From contig DASQUP010000144.1 in the NCBI GenBank assembly GCA_035641235.1, positions 1-61,504 of the forward strand: a stretch of 61,504 bases of DNA. The letters are read 5' to 3'. Below are positions 1 through 8,221 of the stretch, one piece after another. The notes beneath the pieces were generated by a model. That model saw nothing but the letters and a program-made list of their open reading frames with translations, did no database searches and had not been told where the DNA came from. Each line of letters opens with the position of its first letter. Position 1 is the first letter of the stretch. The position numbers and the translations under genes are program-made. Source of the stretch: Actinomycetota bacterium. GTDB taxonomy: Bacteria > Actinomycetota > CADDZG01 > WHSQ01.

Positions 1-272
1 GTCGTGGTGGAATCGTTTGACGCGATTGTTCTCGCCCAGAGGACTCGGCGCTGCAGGAGGATTGCGACCGGCTCTTGGTCTCCTGCCGTTCGTTAAGTCC
101 GGCTAGTGCCTCGACCAGCAATGTCGGTAGGGTTCTGCGGGCGAAAAAGCTGCGCCTGTCTGCGTTCTCGGTCGGGCACGTACGCTCCAGGTACGCACCC
201 TCCCTGCGGCCTTGCCAGGCTTGTTTTTCGCGCCGCAGAACCTCGCAAACATCACTGGTCGAGGCACTAGAC

Positions 273-1553
273 GTGGTGGCCAGACTGGTTCGTTCGGAGT
301 CCGACCCTCCCCGCCACATCGCGGTGGTGGCGTATCACTCCTCGCCTCTCCACGAGCCGGGATCCGGCGATGCAGGAGGGATGACCGTCTACGTTCGTGC
401 TCTGGCGCGCTCCCTCACGGAAAGAGGCATTCGGACCGACATCTTTACTCGCGCGACGAATGACGGCCCGCTCGTTGTAGAGATCTCGCCCGAAGTTCGA
501 GTCGTATCCGTCGCCGCCGGTCCACGCGCGCCGGTCGACAAAGAGACACAGCTCGAGTTCATCGACGACTTCGTTACCGGCGTGACCGCGTTTGCGACGG
601 CGCAACGGGCTCGATACGACATCGTCCATTCTCACTACTGGCAGTCGGGCCTCGCAGCGAAGGCTCTGGCGAAACGCTGGAACGTGCCGCTCGTGCACTC
701 TCACCACACCTTAGGCAAGGTCAAGAACCGTGCCCTTGCTCCGGGAGACACCCCGGAGCCGTTGAGTAGGCTGAGCGGTGAAGCCCACGTTATCGGAGCG
801 GCCGATGTCCTCGTAGCGTCCACGGAGCAGGAATGCGAACAGCTCGCACTGTTGTACGGCGCGCCGATGGATCGTGTGAAGTGCCTACATCCGGGGGTCG
901 ACCACTCGATGTTTTCGCCCGGAGACCGGGATGAAGCTCGGGCGGAGCTCGGACTCGACGCCGAACACGCCGTCCTGCTATTCGTCGGACGGATCCAGAG
1001 GCTCAAGGGAATCGATCTCGCCATCCGGGCAATGGATCAGTTGCTGCCGGCCCTGGATCGCCCCGCCGAGCTCCTGATCGTCGGCGGCGCGAGCGGACCC
1101 GGAGGTAACGGAGAGATCGATCGGCTCAAGGATCTCGCCCATGCTCTCGACGTGTCGGAGACTCTGCGCTTCACCGGCCCACAACCGCACGGCCGTCTTG
1201 TCGACTACTACCGGGCAGCGGACGTTCACCTCGTGTGCTCATACTCAGAATCGTTCGGCCTGACCGCTCTCGAAGCTCATGCCTGCGGCACGCCGGTGGT
1301 CGGGACGGCGGTGGGTGGGCTCTCGCACATCGTTGGCGATGGCTCTTCAGGATTCCTCGTCGGATCCCGCGATCCGGCTGAGTTTGCTGCGCGGCTCAAG
1401 ACTCTGCTGGCCGACGGTGAGCTGCAGGATGACTTCTCTAGGTGCGCGTACACGCGCTCTCTGTCGTACTCGTGGGATTCCACGGCGGACGAATTCGTCG
1501 ACCTCTATGAGTGTCTTCTCCGCGAAGACTTCCCAGAGGTTTGCACCTGCTGA
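273..1553 (+). CDS. mshA: D-inositol-3-phosphate glycosyltransferase (GT4, mycothiol biosynthesis)
   Basis: ORF 75..1553. N-terminal motif HSSPLHEPGSGDAGGMTVYV and C-terminal GT4 region SESFGLTALEAHACGTPVV are typical of MshA. The first ~65 codons of the ORF are S/R-rich and not protein-like, so the in-frame GTG at 273/276 is preferred. Start uncertain. Confidence 0.85.
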   Translation: MVARLVRSESDPPRHIAVVAYHSSPLHEPGSGDAGGMTVYVRALARSLTERGIRTDIFTRATNDGPLVVEISPEVRVVSVAAGPRAPVDKETQLEFIDDFVTGVTAFATAQRARYDIVHSHYWQSGLAAKALAKRWNVPLVHSHHTLGKVKNRALAPGDTPEPLSRLSGEAHVIGAADVLVASTEQECEQLALLYGAPMDRVKCLHPGVDHSMFSPGDRDEARAELGLDAEHAVLLFVGRIQRLKGIDLAIRAMDQLLPALDRPAELLIVGGASGPGGNGEIDRLKDLAHALDVSETLRFTGPQPHGRLVDYYRAADVHLVCSYSESFGLTALEAHACGTPVVGTAVGGLSHIVGDGSSGFLVGSRDPAEFAARLKTLLADGELQDDFSRCAYTRSLSYSWDSTADEFVDLYECLLREDFPEVCTC

Positions 1554-2023
1554 CGACCATCCAATAAGTGAACGCCGTTAAAGAACTCATTCGCCGACGA
1601 GTTTCTACAAAGGAATTTGCCAGCTCGCGAAGAAATCTTGAGTTCGTCTGACCTGCGTTTTTGTTCTCCTATCTGCACCGTCGCGTCCTTGACGCGTCGT
1701 GGCGGCGGTAGCTATGTTCTCGCTCGTTCCAATCGGGCGGGACCTGCGTTGGTTTCGTTCGATCGGAAGGCTAGGCCCCAGAAGCAGGAGTGCGGGTCGG
1801 CCTCGTGTGTGGGGAAGTGCACGAGGTGGGCCCGTCACGAGGGTTTCTGGGGCCTACCCTTTGGCTCCAGCGACCAAGTCGTAACTCTGCGATCGTCGCG
1901 CACCTGAATCCCCGATTTCTCAAGCTCAGTTGGATGGTGACGGCTTCTTCGAACCGCTGTTGAGCCCGAGCGCGGTTCCATCCCATGATCGCGACAAGGC
2001 GCGGAAGGCCCCGGTGGGTGATG

Positions 2024-2935
2024 TCATCGGCCGATCAGGGCGCGCAGGAAGAATCGGACGTTCGCCGGCCGTTCCGCCAGCCGGCGCGTTAGGTATGGGT
2101 ACCAGGTCGAGCCGAACGGAACGTAGGTGCGGACCCGGTATCCCATGCTCGCAAGTTTCTTCTGGAGATCGGTCCTGATGCCGTAAAGCATCTGTATTTC
2201 GAACCCTCGGTCTCCTACGCCGCTCAGCTGGGCGGCTCTCAGCCCATGCTCAATGAGCTCTCCATCGTGAGTCGCCAGGGCCGGATCGTCACCCTTTTCG
2301 AGCAGCCAATCCGTTAGGAAGGAGAACTGCGCCTCGATCTCCTTCTTCTTGTGAAGTGCCACGGACTCAGGTTCGGCATACGCGCCCTTGACCAATCGGA
2401 TGCGCGGCCTGATGCCCGCCATCTCCTCGAGATCAACCGGCGTGCGCCTGAGGTATGCCTGCATAGCCAGGCGGAGTTTTGGGAAGTCGGACTGCAGCAG
2501 CCGGTAGACGTCGAGGGTGTCGGAGACGTAGTCCGACTGCTCCATGTCTATTTCCACCGACGTCCCCGCCGCATCGGCCTCTGCGGCAAGCCGCCGCAGG
2601 TGGTCGATACAGGCTCCCTTGTCGAAGGCCAGCCCGAGCTGGGTGAGCTTTACGGAGACCGTTGTATCGATTCCCGTCTCTTCAATTCTCTTGATGGAGG
2701 CCCGATACTCATCGGCTGCTGCCGCCGCACCATCGGGATCGGTAACGCCCTCGCCGAGCAGGTCCAGGATGCCTCCGATGCCCATACCGTTCAGCGACTT
2801 GATGGCGTTGATCGCATCCTCCAAGTCGCTCCCCGCCACAAAACGATCCACTACTCCGCGCGTTACACCCAAGCGCCTCACGGTGTCTTCGATCCACGAT
2901 TTTTCTGCCGCCCACAACAAGATTCGTCCGAGCAT
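2024..2935 (-). CDS. proline dehydrogenase (monofunctional PutA-type)
   Basis: 303-aa ORF with proline dehydrogenase TIM-barrel signatures (LGEGVTD, VSVKLTQLG, IRLVKGAY, RRLAERPAN). Confidence 0.85.
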   Translation of the reverse strand: MLGRILLWAAEKSWIEDTVRRLGVTRGVVDRFVAGSDLEDAINAIKSLNGMGIGGILDLLGEGVTDPDGAAAAADEYRASIKRIEETGIDTTVSVKLTQLGLAFDKGACIDHLRRLAAEADAAGTSVEIDMEQSDYVSDTLDVYRLLQSDFPKLRLAMQAYLRRTPVDLEEMAGIRPRIRLVKGAYAEPESVALHKKKEIEAQFSFLTDWLLEKGDDPALATHDGELIEHGLRAAQLSGVGDRGFEIQMLYGIRTDLQKKLASMGYRVRTYVPFGSTWYPYLTRRLAERPANVRFFLRALIGR

Positions 2936-2969
2936 CGTCCTCCTCGACGGTGAATCAGTTCGATCGGCG

Positions 2970-3012
2970 CTTTCATTTCGCGCCCGATACGGACGCTACG
3001 GCGAAATGAAAG
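2970..3012. promoter_or_regulatory. 12-bp perfect inverted repeat in the divergent proline dehydrogenase/proC intergenic region (candidate operator)
   Basis: CTTTCATTTCGC (2970-2981), 19-nt spacer, GCGAAATGAAAG (3001-3012). It lies 35-77 nt upstream of the minus-strand start at 2935 and about 95 nt upstream of the proC ATG. Confidence 0.35.
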
Positions 3013-3105
3013 GGCCGACATCTCTACCCGGGAGTCCAGACAATCGTAGATTTATCCCGAGTATCGGGCTCGGCCGCGCTCCCGACCTGCCATCATAGGC
3101 ACGCT

Positions 3106-3924
3106 ATGAAGAAGCTAGCCGTACTCGGTGGCGGAAAGATGGGTGAGGCGTTGATCGCCGGACTCCTCGCCTCTGGATGGCGGTCGCCCGACGAGATCGT
3201 CGTGACGACGCGTGGCGAGGAACGCTGCAAGGAACTCGAAGCCAGGTACGGCGTGGGGAGTTCATTGGACAACGCCGTCGCGATCGAAGGCGCTCACGTG
3301 ATCGTTGTCGCCGTCAAACCTCAGGACATCGAGCCGCTGTTGTCTTCGATCTCGGACCACGCCGGAACCCAACAGACCCTCTTGTCGATCGTGGCCGCAA
3401 TACCAACTTCGTTTATAGAAGCTCGGTTGATTCAGCCTGTGCCCGTCGTACGCGCGATGCCAAATACACCATCGGTCGTCCACGAAGGGATGGCCGGCCT
3501 CTCCAGGGGACGCCATGCCGGTGAGCAACACCTGGCTCTGGCGCGAGATGTCCTCGAGCATGTGGGACGCGTTGTGACTGTGCCGGAGAACTACTTGGAC
3601 GCCGTGACCGCCATTTCGGGTTCGGGTCCCGCCTACTTTGCGTTGTTGGCGGAGGCAATGATCGAGGCCGGAATCCTGTTGGGACTGGCGCGGGAGGTTT
3701 CAACGGAGCTCGTCGTCCAGACCATGCTGGGGTCGGCGAAGCTGCTGCGCGACGAACAGATGCATCCCGTCGAGTTGCGGGAGATGGTCACGTCCCCCGG
3801 GGGGACGACGACCCGGGCGATTCAGGTGCTCGAACAATCCGGTGTGCGAGCGGCCTTCTTGAACGCGATCGAGGCGGCAATGGAACGAGCGATCGAACTA
3901 GCGGGCGGCGCGCCGGAAGCCTAG
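3106..3924 (+). CDS. proC: pyrroline-5-carboxylate reductase
   Basis: 272 aa. N-terminal Rossmann motif LGGGKMGEAL, plus AMPNTPSVVHEGM and VTSPGGTT motifs. Confidence 0.93.
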   Translation: MKKLAVLGGGKMGEALIAGLLASGWRSPDEIVVTTRGEERCKELEARYGVGSSLDNAVAIEGAHVIVVAVKPQDIEPLLSSISDHAGTQQTLLSIVAAIPTSFIEARLIQPVPVVRAMPNTPSVVHEGMAGLSRGRHAGEQHLALARDVLEHVGRVVTVPENYLDAVTAISGSGPAYFALLAEAMIEAGILLGLAREVSTELVVQTMLGSAKLLRDEQMHPVELREMVTSPGGTTTRAIQVLEQSGVRAAFLNAIEAAMERAIELAGGAPEA

Positions 3925-3929
3925 GCATT

Positions 3930-3982
3930 CCGAACTGTCTGCTCTGGCCTTCGGATTCCGAAGGTGACAGCAGACAGTTCGG
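3930..3982. terminator. nested double hairpin (type A, copy 1) between convergent proC and GNAT genes
   Basis: Outer stem CCGAACTGTCTGCT/AGCAGACAGTTCGG (14 bp). Inner stem CCTTCGG/CCGAAGG (7 bp) with loop ATT. Starts 6 nt after the proC stop. No T-tract. Confidence 0.5.
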
Positions 3983-3992
3983 CGAGGTTGCC

Positions 3993-4487
3993 CTACAGTA
4001 GGCGGCCCATTACCACCGAGTCCCAGATCTCGCCGCTGCGGCGGCGCCAGTGACGCTTTAAATAGCCTTCTTCCTCGAAGCCGTATTTGCGATACAGCGC
4101 CCGCGCCGGCTCGTTGTGAGGCCACACTTGAAGGGTGATCTTGTGGGCGCCCTGCTGCTCTGCCCACTTAATGCACGCCTCGACCAGTGCACTCCCGGCA
4201 CCTCGGCCGCGATGCTCGGTGCCGATCCACATGCCGAGTTCGTACAGTCCCGAGCCGCATGCCCCTTGCGGACGCAGGACCGCGGCGCCGGCGATCTCGG
4301 CATCCGCCTCGACGAGGAACATGACCGAGCCTTCCTCCCCTAGGAATGTTTCGTTCCATTTCGCCAGCCGCGCGGCACGCTCGACCGGAGCCTCGGCCCC
4401 GATCCACACGCCTTCGGCGGCGACGTCGGCATAGACGTCGAATGCGGCGGCGAGGTCGTCTTCGGTGGTGGCGGTTCTGATCATCAT
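3993..4487 (-). CDS. GNAT family N-acetyltransferase
   Basis: Only the last 164 codons of ORF 3993..5264 are protein-like. They start at ATGATG (4487) and carry the acetyl-CoA motif GTEHRGRGAGSALVEA and the YRKYGF tail. Confidence 0.85.
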   Translation of the reverse strand: MMIRTATTEDDLAAAFDVYADVAAEGVWIGAEAPVERAARLAKWNETFLGEEGSVMFLVEADAEIAGAAVLRPQGACGSGLYELGMWIGTEHRGRGAGSALVEACIKWAEQQGAHKITLQVWPHNEPARALYRKYGFEEEGYLKRHWRRRSGEIWDSVVMGRLL

Positions 4488-4529
4488 GCTCTGACAGTAT
4501 CGGTCCGGCGCTCGCCGGAGCAGGCAAGC

Positions 4530-5135
4530 ATGGGAGCATACGCGGCGTGACCCCGGCAACGAGCGTGCGTCATCGACCGTAGAGCTATCGGCCTTCTGGC
4601 CGCGTTCGGCGTCTTCGGTGTTTTCTGGGGCGGATGGGCGGCGGTGCTGCCCGACATAAAACGAGCGGTAGATGCCTCGGACGGAGCATTCGGGCTGGCG
4701 CTTCTCGGTGTCGGTATTGGGGCACTTCCCGCCATGCTCGCCATGGGCGCGATCTACGACCGCTTCGGCGATCGGACCGTGGCCCCGATACTGGTCGTCT
4801 TCGGGCTCTCCACCATGCTGCCCGGCGCAGCGCCGTCGGTGTCGTGGCTTTTCGCGACCCTGCTCGCGGTGGGGGCTTTGTCGGGCTTGCTCGACGTCGC
4901 GATCGACACCGCGGCGGTGCAATGGGAGGCCGACACAAGCCGCCGTCTGTTGAACCTTCTCCATGCCGCGTTCTCCGGATTCTTCTTGGTTGCGAGCATC
5001 TCGGTGGGGCCTCGCACGGAACGCCGGTGCCGCCCGATGGCGGTCCTCGTCAGCCTGGCGATCGTGGCCGTGCTCACTCGTTCTTTTCTTGCACATGCGT
5101 CTGACAGACGCATGGAGGAGAAAAGAACGGGCTAG
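4530..5135 (+). pseudogene. MFS transporter remnant (N-terminal 6-TM half, in-frame TGA after codon 6)
   Basis: ATG at 4530 (MGAYAA) is followed by an in-frame TGA at 4548. The same frame then reads RRAIGLLAAFGVFGVFWGGWAAVLPDIK... into ORF 4644..5135. About 6 hydrophobic helices are present, then a stop 22 nt before the next gene. A full MFS would need roughly twice this length. Confidence 0.4.
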
Positions 5136-5157
5136 GGTCTCCGTGAAGGGAGGGCAC

Positions 5158-6648
5158 ATGGGACAAGACTTTGGGAACTTCATCGACGGCGCCTGGGTCG
5201 ATTCTGCTGCGGGGGACACGTTCGAGAACCTGAACCCCGCCGATCGCAGGGAGGTCATCGGCACCTTCGCGAGGTCCGGCGCCGAGGATGTGGACAGGGC
5301 TGTCCGGGCCGCAGCCGCTGCCTATCCGGAGTGGATGCGTACGCCCGCGCCGGAGAGGTCGGACTATCTGCTGCGCGTCGCGCTCCTGCTCGAGGAGCGA
5401 AAGGAAGAGTTGTCGAAAACGATGACGCGCGAGATGGGAAAGACCCTCAAGGAGTCGCGCGGCGATATTCAGGAGGGTATCGACTTCGCTCACTACATGG
5501 CGGGCGAGGGGCGCCGCCTCTTCGGGGAGACGATGCCGTCCGAACTAAGGAACAAGTTCTACATGACCGTTCGCCACCCGATCGGGCCCGTCGCGCTGAT
5601 AACCCCCTGGAACTTCCCGATCGCGATCCCGCTGTGGAAGATCTGTCCCGCCATAGTTTCGGGTTGCACGATGGTGTTCAAACCGGCCGAGGACACCCCT
5701 CTATGCGCCGCCCTGCTCGTGGACATGTTCCGAGAGGTCGGCCTCCCGCCCGGAGTGATCAACTTGGTCAACGGCTTCGGGGAGGAAGCGGGGGCTCCTC
5801 TCGTAGACCACCCGGACATCCGGGGGGTTTCCTTCACGGGTTCCCTCGAAGTCGGTCGGATGATCAACGAGAAATGCGCACGAGCGATGAAGCGCTGCTC
5901 GTTGGAGCTCGGTTCAAAGAACGCTCAGATCATCATGCCGGACGCCGAGTTGGATCTCGCGGTGGAAGCAGCTGCGTGGGGCGCATTCGCCACGTCCGGA
6001 CAGAGGTGTACCGCGACTTCTCGACTCATCGTCCACGACGAGATCAAGGCCGACTTCACGGACGCGCTGCTCGACCGCGTGGGCACCATGAAGGTGGGCA
6101 ACGGACTCGATCCGGAGGTCGAGCTCGCGCCGGTGATCAATGAGAAGCAAAAGAACCGGATTCTCGAATACATCGGTGTCGGGCAACAGGAGGGAGCGAA
6201 GCTGCTGACGGGAGGCGAGGAGCTGACCGGAGGCGACTATTCCAACGGGTACTTCGTGGCACCGACCGTGTTCGACGACATGACTCCGGACATGCGCATC
6301 GCACAGGAGGAGATCTTCGGTCCGGTCACCGGAATGATACGAACCGATTCGGTTGATGAGGCGCTCAGGATGGCGAACTCCGTTCAGTACGGGCTGTCGT
6401 GCTCCATCTACACGCATGACATCGGCAACGTGTTCAAAGCGGTGCGGGAGCTCGAATTCGGTCTCGTGTACATAAACGCGCCCACCATTGGTGCTGAGAT
6501 ACAGGTTCCCTTCGGGGGTTTCAAGAACACTGGCAACGGGCACCGAGAAGCGGGACCTCAGGCTCTGGACGAGTTCACCGAGTGGAAGACGGTAGCGATC
6601 GACTACTCCGGCAAGCTCCAGAAGGCGCAGATGAGTGAAGACGAGTAG
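5158..6648 (+). CDS. NAD(P)-dependent aldehyde dehydrogenase family protein
   Basis: ATG at 5158 preceded by GAAGGGAGGG. ALDH motifs PWNFP, FTGSLEVG, ELGSKNA and catalytic Cys in GQRCTATSR. Specific substrate not assignable. Confidence 0.9.
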   Translation: MGQDFGNFIDGAWVDSAAGDTFENLNPADRREVIGTFARSGAEDVDRAVRAAAAAYPEWMRTPAPERSDYLLRVALLLEERKEELSKTMTREMGKTLKESRGDIQEGIDFAHYMAGEGRRLFGETMPSELRNKFYMTVRHPIGPVALITPWNFPIAIPLWKICPAIVSGCTMVFKPAEDTPLCAALLVDMFREVGLPPGVINLVNGFGEEAGAPLVDHPDIRGVSFTGSLEVGRMINEKCARAMKRCSLELGSKNAQIIMPDAELDLAVEAAAWGAFATSGQRCTATSRLIVHDEIKADFTDALLDRVGTMKVGNGLDPEVELAPVINEKQKNRILEYIGVGQQEGAKLLTGGEELTGGDYSNGYFVAPTVFDDMTPDMRIAQEEIFGPVTGMIRTDSVDEALRMANSVQYGLSCSIYTHDIGNVFKAVRELEFGLVYINAPTIGAEIQVPFGGFKNTGNGHREAGPQALDEFTEWKTVAIDYSGKLQKAQMSEDE

Positions 6649-6654
6649 CGCGCG

Positions 6655-7788
6655 GTGAGCGATTCCGTCGCCCTCGTAACGGTCGAGGACATCGCGCGCA
6701 TCTACGACTTCGGCTCATCCCATCCTCTGAGACCCGAACGCGTCCTCCTCACATACGAGCACATCCGGGCTCTAGACCTCCTGTACCGGCCGAACGTGAC
6801 GCAGGAGAAGTCGAGGGCTGCTACCGATGACGAGATCGCAGCAGTGCACGACCGTGACTTCATCAAGACCGTCAAGGGAATCGACTCGGGGCAACTCTCG
6901 GAGCGACAGGGGTTGCCTTTCGGGCTGGGGACGCCCGACGATCCCATCTTCGATCACATGCACGAGGCATCGGCTGCCGTCTGCGGAGCATCGGTCGTGG
7001 CCGCGGAGGTGGTGGCGTCGGGACAGGCGGAGCACTCCTTCAATCCGGCGGGAGGGCTCCACCACGCGCGGCGCCGTGAGGCGTCGGGATTCTGCATCTA
7101 CAACGACCCGGCCGTTGCAATCGCGAAGGTCCTCGAACTCCAGCCGGACTGGCGCGTCGCGTACATCGACGTCGATGTTCACCACGGTGACGGTGTCCAG
7201 TGGATCTTCTACAACGAGCCGCGTGTGCTCACCGTCTCCTTCCACCAGTCCGGCAGGTACCTGTATCCCGGGACCGGGTTCGAGGATGAGATCGGCAACG
7301 GCGCGGCAGAGGGGACGGCCGCCAACATCCCTCTGCTGCCGTTTTCTGGCGAGGGGGACTACCTGTGGGCCCTCGAGCGTGTCCTCACCCAACTTCTCGG
7401 AGCGTTCCAACCCCAGCTTGTGGTGACCCAGCTCGGGGCGGACACGCATCACGGCGACCCGCTGGCGAACCTTGCCCTCACGATGCCCGCATACCCTCGG
7501 ATGGCGCGCACCCTGCACGAACTGATACATCGGTTTGCCGAGGGGCGATGGGTTGCAACCGGAGGTGGGGGATATCAGTTCGACACGGTCGTGCCCAAGA
7601 TCTGGACGATTCATTGGGCCGAGATGATCGGCCATCCCGAGGTCATTCCGTCGAACTGGCTCCACGACGTTGCTGCCGACGAGGCGGCGCGCAGCTACAA
7701 GGCGGAGGTCGAACGTTCGGTGGAAACCGTACTGGAGAGGTGCGTGCCGCGTCTTCAGGCTCTGGTCGGCGCCGGCGGCTCAAGTTGA
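6655..7788 (+). CDS. histone deacetylase-like amidohydrolase (AcuC/acetoin utilisation family)
   Basis: 377 aa. GGLHHARRREASGFCIYND and DVDVHHGDGVQ metal-site motifs. Confidence 0.88.
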   Translation: MSDSVALVTVEDIARIYDFGSSHPLRPERVLLTYEHIRALDLLYRPNVTQEKSRAATDDEIAAVHDRDFIKTVKGIDSGQLSERQGLPFGLGTPDDPIFDHMHEASAAVCGASVVAAEVVASGQAEHSFNPAGGLHHARRREASGFCIYNDPAVAIAKVLELQPDWRVAYIDVDVHHGDGVQWIFYNEPRVLTVSFHQSGRYLYPGTGFEDEIGNGAAEGTAANIPLLPFSGEGDYLWALERVLTQLLGAFQPQLVVTQLGADTHHGDPLANLALTMPAYPRMARTLHELIHRFAEGRWVATGGGGYQFDTVVPKIWTIHWAEMIGHPEVIPSNWLHDVAADEAARSYKAEVERSVETVLERCVPRLQALVGAGGSS

Positions 7789-7816
7789 TGGAGGCGCCTA
7801 TTAACCTTCCCTCCGT

Positions 7817-8203
7817 ATGACGGACCTACATCGATATATCGCATACGCGATCCCGGCCGGATTCGCGCTGATGGCGTTGTGGGCGCTGTTCACATTCATA
7901 CGCAACCGCGCTCCCGGTGATTGGTTCTGGAACCTGCTGGCCGCTCTTCAGGTTGTGATCGGCATCCAGATCGTCGTCGGCGCAGTTCTGTTCATTGCGG
8001 GAGGGCGACCCGAGACCAACGGACCCCAGTGGCTGCACTACGTTTACGGCGGCCTCTTTCCCGGAGCGGTTCTTGTCACCGCACATGGTTTCGCGCGTTC
8101 GGAAAGGTTCCGGGACATCCCGTGGGTCGCCTTCGGCGTCGCAGCTCTTGTTTGTTTCGGGTTGACCTTTCGTGCTCTTCAAACCGGCCTTGGCATCGAC
8201 TGA
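7817..8203 (+). CDS. small integral membrane protein (about 4 TM), function unknown
   Basis: 128-aa hydrophobic ORF placed tightly between AcuC-like and MarP-like genes. No recognisable motif. Confidence 0.6.
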   Translation: MTDLHRYIAYAIPAGFALMALWALFTFIRNRAPGDWFWNLLAALQVVIGIQIVVGAVLFIAGGRPETNGPQWLHYVYGGLFPGAVLVTAHGFARSERFRDIPWVAFGVAALVCFGLTFRALQTGLGID

Positions 8204-8221
8204 CGCGACAGAGCGGGCTTC

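Noticed and set aside
1-272. Edge ORFs: a plus frame ending at TAA 91-93 (…VVVESFDAIVLAQ…) and an open minus-strand frame running off the left edge (…DRRSFFARRTLPTLLVEALAGL…)
   Set aside because: There is too little sequence and no recognisable motifs. The minus frame would overlap the mshA 5' region. Neither can be supported from this window alone.
75-272. N-terminal 66 codons of the mshA ORF
   Set aside because: The translation is Ser/Arg/Cys-rich and unlike MshA N-termini. A GTG at 273/276 lies just before the conserved core.
1921-1990. tRNA-like fragments (AGCTCAGTTGGAT resembling a D-loop, GCGGTTCCATCCC resembling a T-arm)
   Set aside because: No acceptor stem, D-stem pairing or anticodon arm can be folded. 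This is not a tRNA, and at most a decayed remnant.
4488-5264. 5' two-thirds of the 423-aa minus-strand ORF 3993..5264
   Set aside because: The composition is R/H/E/G-rich and not protein-like, and it lies antisense to the MFS remnant. Only the last 164 codons, from the ATGATG at 4487, form a GNAT domain.
6772-7665. 297-aa minus-strand ORF
   Set aside because: It is a shadow ORF antisense to the AcuC/HDAC-like gene.
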